Origin: a virus
Lineage: Duplodnaviria; Heunggongvirae; Uroviricota; Caudoviricetes
Strand: one strand, 5' to 3'
IMG/VR virus record: IMGVR_UViG_2609460067_000017
Length of the DNA stretch: 8,995 nt
Numbering within the stretch: position 1 is the first letter of the stretch; each line of letters begins with the position of its first letter. The translations under genes and the position numbers were made by a program. Below the pieces are notes generated by a model. The model searched no databases. It had not been told where the DNA came from and worked only from the letters and a program-made list of their open reading frames with translations. Positions 1-6,454 of the stretch are shown here, in pieces.

Positions 1-573
1 ATGCTGATTGGCTACATACGTGTGTCAACAAATGACCAAAACACAGATTTGCAACGCAATGCATTAATGTGCGCAGGATGTGAACAGATTTTTGAGGACA
101 AAATGAGCGGAACCAAGTCGGAACGACCAGGCCTGAAACGCGCTTTAAAGTGCCTTAAAAGAGGGGATACATTGGTGGTCTGGAAGCTGGATCGGTTGGG
201 TAGAAGAATGAAACACCTCATTGCTCTCACAGAAGAGCTACGCGCAAAAGGTGTCAATTTTCGCAGTCTGACGGATTCAATCGATACCAGCACTCCGATG
301 GGAAGGTTCTTTTTTCATATGATGGGTGCACTGGCAGAAATGGAGCGTGAACTGATAGTTGAGCGCACGCTGGCTGGACTGGCTGCTGCGCGAGCACAAG
401 GAAGAGTTGGAGGACGTCGCCCGAAACTGACGAAGGAGCAGCATGAGCAGATCGCAAGATTGCTCCAGAAAGGGTATGACAGAAAGCGGCTGGCAATTAT
501 CTATGATATTGGACTGTCAACGATCTACCGCTATCACCCTGTTGGGACTGTCATAACGCAACCTGAAATGTAA
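1..573 (+). CDS. pin: Serine-type DNA invertase (Pin/Gin/Hin/Cin family site-specific recombinase)
   Basis: 190-aa ORF starting MLIGYIRVSTNDQ, the canonical resolvase/invertase N-terminal catalytic-serine motif, with a C-terminal HTH-like tail; TAA stop at 571-573. Near full-length resemblance, by recall, to E. coli prophage Pin invertases. The ATG is at window position 1, so any upstream crossover site or invertible segment is outside the window. Confidence 0.9.
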   Translation: MLIGYIRVSTNDQNTDLQRNALMCAGCEQIFEDKMSGTKSERPGLKRALKCLKRGDTLVVWKLDRLGRRMKHLIALTEELRAKGVNFRSLTDSIDTSTPMGRFFFHMMGALAEMERELIVERTLAGLAAARAQGRVGGRRPKLTKEQHEQIARLLQKGYDRKRLAIIYDIGLSTIYRYHPVGTVITQPEM

Positions 574-801
574 TTCTTTTTCAAATAATGAAACGCCGCG
601 TGGATGCCATTTATCGCACAAGATAGAGTGCATTTATCGCGCGGCGCATCATGCAGCTGCGACGCGGCCATCGAATATGGGGCGGATCTCTGCAACATGT
701 GCCGGGCGTCCATTCAGGTGCCAGCCGTTACGCCAGGTAATGCGGTCAATATGTCTTAACATCGGTCTTTCCTCGGTATAAGTTAAACGCTGGTCAGGCG
801 C

Positions 802-1278
802 TCATGCATGGTGGTCTTGCGCAGTGCGTATCACTGCTCCTCGCGTCGCTACCAGCGCCGCTATTGCTTCGTCAATTTCCTGAATAGTTAACTCTGGCGC
901 GAAGTGGAGATGTACAGCGTTAATCGCTTCCACCCCTTCTTTTGCCGCCAGCGTTGCCAGCAAAACGGGATCGCCCGGCGACTCCAGACGTGCCCGCCGT
1001 TCTGCGGGTAGCACGGCTTTCATCACACTGGCCAGCACCTGAGTTTTTCGGCGCGCCGCCGTTGTCTCGCCACGTAACCAGCGAAAGATTTTCTGCCGAT
1101 TGTTGTTGATGGCTCTCCAGTCCACGTTGCCGTCCGCGTCCTCAAATTCATGTAGTCTCAACTCATCATTGCGTCCCTGACTGAACCAGGCCCGGCAGAT
1201 TTCAATCGTGACGAGTTCCTGCCCTGCCCTTGCCGCCCAGGTCAAAATCTCTTTTTGTAATTCCTCTTGGTTTTCCAT
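802..1278 (-). CDS. YdaT-like prophage regulator in the cII position (hypothetical)
   Basis: 158-aa ORF with SD AGGAGA about 4 nt upstream of the ATG at 1278; lies immediately downstream of the Cro/YdaS-like gene on the same strand. Contains an RQKIFRW-type segment that I recall from the YdaT family; this is memory-based, not searched. Confidence 0.5.
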   Translation of the reverse strand: MENQEELQKEILTWAARAGQELVTIEICRAWFSQGRNDELRLHEFEDADGNVDWRAINNNRQKIFRWLRGETTAARRKTQVLASVMKAVLPAERRARLESPGDPVLLATLAAKEGVEAINAVHLHFAPELTIQEIDEAIAALVATRGAVIRTAQDHHA

Positions 1279-1336
1279 AGCGTCTCCTGTCGCTAAAAAT
1301 TGATTACGCTTAATCAGATTTGGGGCTCACCAACAG

Positions 1337-1567
1337 TTAAGCTGCTTCCGTTTTAGGCAAGCTGTCATCTGGGTTTGGGTAAAGATCCGGTCTAAGATCA
1401 TGAGGGGTCACGCGCCATTCAAGAGCTTCAGATGTGCGCAAAACCTCTTCACCGGGAACCCGTCCTTTGAACCAGAGGCTTACCGTTTGTGGTTTTTTCC
1501 CTAATCGCCGCCCTAACTCGGATTGACTCATTACGGAAAGAATTTTGTCTTGCAGTTGTTTATCCAT
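1337..1567 (-). CDS. Cro/YdaS-like helix-turn-helix regulator
   Basis: 76-aa product MDKQLQDKILSVMSQSELGRRLGKKPQTVSLWFKG... with an HTH signature and a C-terminal LRPD motif typical of YdaS/Cro-like proteins. Strong SD AAGGAG (1573-1578, minus strand) 5 nt upstream of the ATG at 1567. The longer track ORF (to 1603) starts at TTG and would run into the operator region, so the shorter start is preferred. Divergent from the repressor gene. Confidence 0.65.
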   Translation of the reverse strand: MDKQLQDKILSVMSQSELGRRLGKKPQTVSLWFKGRVPGEEVLRTSEALEWRVTPHDLRPDLYPNPDDSLPKTEAA

Positions 1568-1592
1568 ATGGACTCCTTGTGTCCGCGTCATC

Positions 1593-1631
1593 ATTACAAA
1601 CAATAACTGTAATTACAAATTATATTTGCAA
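1593..1631. promoter_or_regulatory. Divergent immunity-region operators (two adjacent 19-21 bp imperfect palindromes sharing the half-site TTACAAAT)
   Basis: ATTACAaacaataacTGTAAT (1593-1613) and TTACAAATtatATTTGCAA (1613-1631) lie between the divergent Cro-like and repressor genes; ATTACAAA occurs as a direct repeat at 1593-1600 and 1612-1619. Confidence 0.45.
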
Positions 1632-1665
1632 TGCTCCCTACAATTAAACCTTGTATCCTTACGGT

Positions 1666-2079
1666 ATGAACACAAAAACGAAAAACATGGCTTTTGCTAG
1701 CCGACTACAACGGATTCTAAAAGACTTAGGCTGGTCTCAATCTGAGTTAGCTCGCCATATTGGGGTTACGGCTCAATCAGTTCAGGCATGGTGTAATGGG
1801 GTAACTCCAAGAAAAGATAAATTAGACAAGCTAGCAAAAGTGACCGGATACCCTGTTCATTTTTTCTTCATGAATGAAGGGGAATATTTGGATGAATCCA
1901 CACTACACCCGGGTAATTACAATCAAGAACTAACCCCGCAAGAACAGGCTCTACTGCAACTATTCAGAGGACTGCCTGAGAGCGAAAAAAATAAATTAAT
2001 CAATGAGCTAAAAGAAAAAAGAGAGCACTTCGATCTACTGCTAAAAGAACTACTTGAAGCCAAAAACCAGACAAAATAG
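1666..2079 (+). CDS. XRE-family HTH transcriptional repressor (cI-like immunity repressor)
   Basis: N-terminal HTH (LGWSQSELARHIGVTAQSVQAWCNG) typical of XRE/cI-type repressors; divergent from the Cro-like gene across an operator-containing intergenic region; same strand as the int-ward early operon, as in lambda. Start is ambiguous (TTG 1651, ATG 1666 or ATG 1687); none has a strong SD, so a leaderless or weakly initiated start is possible. TAG stop at 2077-2079. Confidence 0.7.
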   Translation: MNTKTKNMAFASRLQRILKDLGWSQSELARHIGVTAQSVQAWCNGVTPRKDKLDKLAKVTGYPVHFFFMNEGEYLDESTLHPGNYNQELTPQEQALLQLFRGLPESEKNKLINELKEKREHFDLLLKELLEAKNQTK

Positions 2080-2197
2080 TTCAGTTCAAATTTCCAGGCC
2101 AGCCGCTGCTGGCATGCAACTTTCCCCTAACACAAAAACACCTTTACACAGTGAATATTTTTTTGCCCCTCACTACAAATTATTTTTTAAAAACACA

Positions 2198-2226
2198 TTG
2201 ACCATTACAAATACAAATTGTAAAGT
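2198..2226 (+). promoter_or_regulatory. Candidate pL-like early promoter overlapped by a third operator
   Basis: -35-like TTGACC (2198-2203), 17-nt spacer, -10-like TAAAGT (2221-2226); overlapped by TTACAAATacaAATTGTAA (2206-2224), which shares the TTACAAAT half-site with the two operators at 1593-1631. A partial copy CTACAAATTAT lies at 2173-2183. Confidence 0.4.
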
Positions 2227-2562
2227 CACTTTCATCAACAACGCTTACCCAGCGGCAGTTGTTCAGAAACACGTTCTGACAGCCGGAAAGACGGCACCAA
2301 ATTTTGCGCGTCGGCGCCAACACGGTGACAGAGGGAAAGACTTCACCGGCATATGGCACATGTGTCGAAGCGGTCTGGATGGAAGCGGAGCCTTAACGCG
2401 TTGTCTCCATAGCAGGTAGCCGGAATGTGCAAGCCACAGCCAGGTATGAGCGATTGATTCACCATCAAGGCGATACGGTGTGACCACCAGGGAAGAGTCC
2501 TGGCTACAACACGAGAGCGCACTTCATCGACTCAACTTTGAGCTTTGTCGTTAAATTTTGAA

Positions 2563-2648
2563 ATGGCGGAGTGCGCTCCCGGTTGTGGTGAACAGGTGTT
2601 TAACGGGAACTCCCTGCCCGTTACCCGGTTCGATTCCGGGCGCCCATC
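2563..2648 (+). other. tRNA-like element or fragment (T-arm CCCGG-TTCGATT-CCGGG followed by an acceptor-like CGCCCAT)
   Basis: A perfect T-stem/loop motif at 2624-2640 (GGTTCGATTCC embedded in a 5-bp GC stem) followed by 7 nt and a C. No CCA is encoded and I could not pair a clean 5' acceptor strand (ATGGCGG at 2563-2569 pairs only 5 of 7), so this is a tRNA-like structure or tRNA 3' fragment, not a confident tRNA gene. Confidence 0.2.
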
Positions 2649-2672
2649 ATCAATTTGCTGTGTTTAGTCTTT

Positions 2673-2700
2673 GCCCAGTCCGCACGATGGGCCATTTTTT
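2673..2700 (+). terminator. Possible weak intrinsic terminator (GCCCA-N10-TGGGC followed by CA and T6)
   Basis: 5-bp GC-rich stem at 2673-2677 and 2688-2692, then a T6 run at 2695-2700; about 25 nt downstream of the tRNA-like motif. The loop is long, so strength is uncertain. Confidence 0.25.
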
Positions 2701-2981
2701 CACACAGCCAGGTTTTATCGCTGTGCCTGAGTCCCCAACAGGAGAGGCCAAACCCGCAGCGTGACACCAGGGAAAGACCGGAGGAAGTACCACGCCTGAC
2801 CAGCGTTGACCATGAGCCTGACCAGCTCAAAACAGGAAAGACCAGCCCGGGCCTGACCAGCCCTGTACGGTCGTAATGGAAACATAACGACGCCGGAAAC
2901 GTAACCGGCACCCTTTAGATAGCAAAAGACCCGCACAAGGCGGGCCAGTTACCCCGAACGGCGACCAAACCATTCGGATTT

Positions 2982-3005
2982 ATCACAAGTGACCAAACTT
3001 GTGAT
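2982..3005. repeat. Perfect 9-bp inverted repeat (ATCACAAGT-gaccaa-ACTTGTGAT)
   Basis: Perfect palindromic arms at 2982-2990 and 2997-3005; it overlaps copy 1 of the ATGAGGAAAGACCA motif by 2 nt and lies upstream of the first early ORF. Could be a protein-binding site or an RNA hairpin in the early leader. Confidence 0.5.
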
Positions 3006-3017
3006 GAGGAAAGACCA
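3004..3017 (+). repeat. Copy 1 of conserved motif ATGAGGAAAGACCA (followed by ACG, not ATG)
   Basis: The 13-nt core ATGAGGAAAGACC matches the copies at 3427 and 6602 exactly. Here no ORF follows directly, which may mark a decayed gene start or a recombination joint. Confidence 0.6.
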
Positions 3018-3089
3018 ACGACACTGACGCTATGGAAGCTGATCAATATTCGCTGATCGGCTCTGAGTATACATTACCAAGGAGTCGCT

Positions 3090-3410
3090 ATGGAAGCGCG
3101 CACCATCCCAGTAACACTCTTTATTCATTATGCAACTTCAACTTTCAGCCACGAAAAGCTGCTTGTTGCGACTGTTGATATGTCAAAAAATTTTCCAGAC
3201 AGGTACATCCTTCTGGAAAGCCGCGAAATTGAAATTACCGTTAACCAGCCCGAGCCAATCGACATCATCGGTTTACAGGTCGAGCAACTGCGTGAACAAA
3301 AACAGAAAACAGTCGCCGACGCCCAACAGCGTATTGCTGCTATCGATGACAAAATCCAGCAGTTACTTTGCATCGAATACACGCCAGATACCGATGAGCT
3401 CCCCTACTAA
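3090..3410 (+). CDS. Hypothetical early-operon protein (106 aa, predicted coiled-coil C-terminus)
   Basis: ORF with a strong SD AAGGAG (3077-3082) 7 nt upstream of the ATG at 3090; TAA stop at 3408-3410; C-terminal region rich in Q/E/K heptad-like residues. No recognisable family. Confidence 0.6.
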   Translation: MEARTIPVTLFIHYATSTFSHEKLLVATVDMSKNFPDRYILLESREIEITVNQPEPIDIIGLQVEQLREQKQKTVADAQQRIAAIDDKIQQLLCIEYTPDTDELPY

Positions 3411-3426
3411 AAACCACTGACCTGTA

Positions 3427-3440
3427 ATGAGGAAAGACCA
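3427..3440 (+). repeat. Copy 2 of conserved motif ATGAGGAAAGACCA, immediately 5' of the 738-aa ORF start codon
   Basis: The motif ends at 3440 and the ATG is at 3441; the embedded GAGGA acts as the SD. Confidence 0.7.
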
Positions 3441-5657
3441 ATGACCATTTTTAACGGCTTGTTAGAAGCGAAAAAAGGCGCGCTCAAAAACGGCGCGATC
3501 CCGGCGCTGGCCATCGCCATCGCCGCCCCTAACAAAAAAGTTGCCGAGAACATCATCATCGGCAAATTGTGGGAAGCCTACCCTGACCACGGCGACAACT
3601 ATTTCAAACCTAAAATCTGGGAAGATGCCCCGGGCCAACCGCGCCCAGGCGTCGGTGAGTTTGATGAGACGTTTGCCACAGAACACAGTTTTGATGGCGA
3701 AAAATGGGTAGTTAACACTCCTGTTGATTCAGATTGCAGTTCAGCAGATATCTCACAGGTTAGCGACCTGATGAAACTGCCGGCTCGTGAACGATTCGCC
3801 GCCGTTCTGCTGTTCAGCCACGACGCCAACGAAGTCGACAGTGAATTGCTTGTGCAGACGCGTGAATACCTGGAGATGCTCGATAACAGTGATACTGACA
3901 GTGAGGATGAGGTTGACGCGTTTAACCGCATCGTTCTTGATGCCATGGTGGCGTGTAAGCCCATCGAGTACATGCATATTGCTGGATTGAATAATCTGGT
4001 ACATGCAATTTTGGCAAGTTGCGATACCCAGGAACAAAACCCGACCAGTTGGACTATCTCCAAATTTATAAAAAAATGGGTAGAGAATCCCGGTAAACGA
4101 GATGAAATGCTGCCGGAGGTAAAACCAGAAACAGCATCCGCACGTCCTTACAAACAGACTCACGCCACTCTGGATCGTGAAATTGCCTGCGCCCTGTTAC
4201 CTGTTGCCCCGGAAAAAATCACCCCCAGCATCCTGAAAGCGGCAGACGAAATAATCAGTCAGGACAGGGAAGATTTTAAACGCTGGTCAATGGCCTTGCG
4301 CACAACGGATCAGATCCTTGCCTATGACCGCGCATCAGTATTCGGTGTTATTCAGAGCGCCCCCGCAAAAGACACGTACCACTTCCCACAATCCCTGCGC
4401 AGTCACATCGACAACTGGCTGCAAGCTAACGGGCAGCGTGATGCAAATGCTGTTGAAGAGAAGCCAAAGGAAGCAGCACCCAAGGATGATGTAAAAGTCA
4501 CCAACCACGGCGGCGGACGATTCTCAATTGATGGGATGATGTCAGAAACACCCTCAAATCAGGGCGAAAAAAGCGAAGCTGCAAATGCTGGAGAACGTAG
4601 TTTGCAGCAGTTGCGTGAGCAGTTTGTCACGCCTCGCCATGTGTATGACGTACCTGAAAATAACGCCGTATCACAGAGGGAACCTGCAGCTATTACCCTG
4701 GCAGAAGAGACTCCTCCACAAGAACAACTTAGCGAGCAGGTAAAGGATCTGGTGCAGAACGTTGACGCGCTGGTTGAGCGGATCCATGCCGAAGAGCACA
4801 AGCGGCAGAATGCAATCTCAGCTATCGAAACGGAGTTAAAGGACTCAGATGACACGGATAACCTGGCATTGTGGAAGAACGTATTCAAAACCGATGAGCG
4901 CTTCACCAGTGCTTTCTCTCAGAATGGCGGCGGCACATCCATCAACGGCACTTATATAGCGATGAAAGCGACTCGCGAATTTGGGCCATTTGGTATTGGC
5001 TGGGGGGTAGAGGTGCTGGAGGAGCGCTTTGATAAAGGCGCACCAATAGTTCGCAAAAAACAGGTTGGTGAAAAAATAGAATGGGATCTGATTCAAGACG
5101 GTGTTGGCGGGTACCTATGTGAAATGCACCACACCATGAAAGTGAGAGTCTGGTACATATTGAATGGGGTACGCGGTGAGTCCGAGGCTTACGGATGCAC
5201 ACCTTATATCTACGACACTAAATACGGACCAACAAGCGACGGCGAAGCACCGAAGAAATCCTGGACGGATGCTGTTAAGAAAGCGCTATCCCCTCTCGGA
5301 TTCAGCGCCGATATTTTCATGGGCCTGTACGACAATCCGGAATACCGCCAGAGGAATAAAGCTGAGTTTGATATCAAGAATGCCAGCGAGAATGCGGAAG
5401 ATGCTACCCGTCTGCGTAAGGAACTGGATGAGAAGCTTATCAACGTTGCCAATACGCTGGCCGCCGCGGTAACCGCCAACGAAGTAAACAAGGTATTTGG
5501 CCTCATCGCCCGCGAAGTGGATGTACACAGGAAAGCAGCGGAAACCAAAGGCGATAAAGAATATTCATCGTATCTGGGATCACGTCTGCGCCGTATCACC
5601 GACATTAAAACTGAACGCCTCGCCGCCCTTACCGCTGCACAGGAGCAAACAGCATGA
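3441..5657 (+). CDS. Large prophage protein with a C-terminal Rad52-family single-strand annealing (SSAP/Sak-like) domain fused to an uncharacterised ~330-aa N-terminal domain and a charged low-complexity linker
   Basis: Uninterrupted 738-aa ORF. Residues ~470-640 (nt ~4850-5360) carry recalled Rad52 signatures: GGG...YI...FGxxGW (FSQNGGGTSINGTYIAMKATREFGPFGIGWG versus human RAD52 [29 protein letters not shown]) and the helix K..WTDAVKKAL.PLGF......GLYDNPEY (versus [28 protein letters not shown]). The N-terminal ~330 aa have no family I recognise. The TGA stop overlaps the next gene's ATG (ATGA at 5654-5657). Confidence 0.8.
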   Translation: MTIFNGLLEAKKGALKNGAIPALAIAIAAPNKKVAENIIIGKLWEAYPDHGDNYFKPKIWEDAPGQPRPGVGEFDETFATEHSFDGEKWVVNTPVDSDCSSADISQVSDLMKLPARERFAAVLLFSHDANEVDSELLVQTREYLEMLDNSDTDSEDEVDAFNRIVLDAMVACKPIEYMHIAGLNNLVHAILASCDTQEQNPTSWTISKFIKKWVENPGKRDEMLPEVKPETASARPYKQTHATLDREIACALLPVAPEKITPSILKAADEIISQDREDFKRWSMALRTTDQILAYDRASVFGVIQSAPAKDTYHFPQSLRSHIDNWLQANGQRDANAVEEKPKEAAPKDDVKVTNHGGGRFSIDGMMSETPSNQGEKSEAANAGERSLQQLREQFVTPRHVYDVPENNAVSQREPAAITLAEETPPQEQLSEQVKDLVQNVDALVERIHAEEHKRQNAISAIETELKDSDDTDNLALWKNVFKTDERFTSAFSQNGGGTSINGTYIAMKATREFGPFGIGWGVEVLEERFDKGAPIVRKKQVGEKIEWDLIQDGVGGYLCEMHHTMKVRVWYILNGVRGESEAYGCTPYIYDTKYGPTSDGEAPKKSWTDAVKKALSPLGFSADIFMGLYDNPEYRQRNKAEFDIKNASENAEDATRLRKELDEKLINVANTLAAAVTANEVNKVFGLIAREVDVHRKAAETKGDKEYSSYLGSRLRRITDIKTERLAALTAAQEQTA

Positions 5658-6223
5658 GCACTGCTATCGCTATTGCAAAAGAATATGCCAGTCTGATTGA
5701 CCTGTTAGAAACCGCCGATGAACTGACGCCAGAGATGATCGCCGACACGCTTGAAGGCATGGAAGGAGAACTGGGAGACAAACTGGACGCCATGATGGTC
5801 ATCTGCCGTAATTTACAGGGCAATGCCAATACCTGCGCTGAAGAAATGTCTCGCCTGGCAACCCGTAAGACGTCCTTTGAAGGCAAGGAAAAAGCAATTC
5901 GAAAGCATATGCTCACCTGCCTGCAAGCTGCTGGCCTGGATAAACTGAAAACCGCAAAAAACACATTTACTGATGCACAGGGGGCTATCCGGGTAATTAT
6001 CGATAGCAAAGATAAGATCCCGGATGAGTATGAGGGCGTGTCACTTGTTGATGTAGAAACGGTTATTACACCAAACAAGCGAGCCATTAAAGAAGTGATT
6101 GAATCTGCGGAGGCGGTTGCCGCCGAAATACTGGCGCGTGGAGAAACACCACCAGCCGAGTTATTAAACCCGGTACCAGGCGCACATCTGGAACGCGGCG
6201 AACGGTCACTGAGGATACGCTAA
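5654..6223 (+). CDS. Siphovirus Gp157-like protein (prophage recombination/replication-module accessory protein)
   Basis: 189-aa acidic helical protein; its pattern and its position next to an SSAP gene match my recollection of the Sipho_Gp157 family. SD AGGAG at 5641-5645; start overlaps the upstream stop (ATGA); its stop overlaps the next start (TAATG at 6221-6225). Confidence 0.65.
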   Translation: MSTAIAIAKEYASLIDLLETADELTPEMIADTLEGMEGELGDKLDAMMVICRNLQGNANTCAEEMSRLATRKTSFEGKEKAIRKHMLTCLQAAGLDKLKTAKNTFTDAQGAIRVIIDSKDKIPDEYEGVSLVDVETVITPNKRAIKEVIESAEAVAAEILARGETPPAELLNPVPGAHLERGERSLRIR

Positions 6224-6405
6224 TGCTTAAACTCACATTAAAGCGTGGTGACGCGGTTCACCTGGTACTTGCCGATGGTACCAATGGCATTATTGAAGCA
6301 CGGAGCCGCTGCGAACTTGGGCTACACCTGCCAGAAAACATTAAGGTCACTCGGGAGAAATCGGCATTCACCCCACAAGAACTGATTACGCCTAATCAGA
6401 AATAA
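6223..6405 (+). CDS. Small CsrA-like protein (60 aa), translationally coupled to the Gp157-like gene
   Basis: Ungapped alignment by eye to E. coli CsrA (61 aa) over residues 1-47: M1, L2, L4, T5, G9, G33, P37, V42, R44 and E45 are identical, with conservative matches at K7/R7, D10/E10, L34/V34 and I40/V40. This includes the positions corresponding to CsrA L4 and R44, which are important for RNA binding. TAATG overlap with the upstream gene; SD-like GAGGA upstream. Confidence 0.55.
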   Translation: MLKLTLKRGDAVHLVLADGTNGIIEARSRCELGLHLPENIKVTREKSAFTPQELITPNQK

Positions 6406-6454
6406 AAACTCACCATCGCTAGCATTGCGATTCACCAGACACCGGAGGATCACA

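Noticed and set aside
12-496. Two minus-strand ORFs (93 and 80 aa) inside pin
   Set aside because: Antisense to a near-canonical invertase gene; shadow ORFs.
2563-2648. Bona fide tRNA gene
   Set aside because: The T-arm is perfect, but I could not form a 7-bp acceptor stem or identify clear D and anticodon arms, and no CCA is encoded; reported only as a tRNA-like element at low confidence.
2765-2863. Possible CRISPR-like or tandem repeat array (GGAAAGACC and CCTGACCAG repeats)
   Set aside because: The repeats are only 9 nt, irregularly spaced and interleaved, with no cas genes; not a CRISPR array. Kept as a short-motif observation instead.
2054-2936. Six short overlapping ORFs (60-121 aa) on both strands in the GC-rich gap
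   Set aside because: No RBS, they overlap each other in multiple frames and on both strands, and they have low-complexity or implausible composition; more consistent with non-coding or decayed sequence than with genes.
3462-5605. Multiple antisense and alternative-frame ORFs (74-154 aa) inside the 738-aa gene
   Set aside because: They are embedded in a long uninterrupted ORF that has recognisable Rad52-like motifs and a coupled downstream gene; shadow ORFs.
5629-6087. 152-aa minus-strand ORF
   Set aside because: Antisense to the Gp157-like gene; serine-rich low-complexity translation and no RBS.
3441-6405. Exonuclease partner for the annealing protein (RecE, lambda Exo or YqaJ-like), or a RecT/Red-beta-type annealing protein
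   Set aside because: None of the ORFs in the operon shows motifs I associate with these families; their absence is itself noted in the findings.
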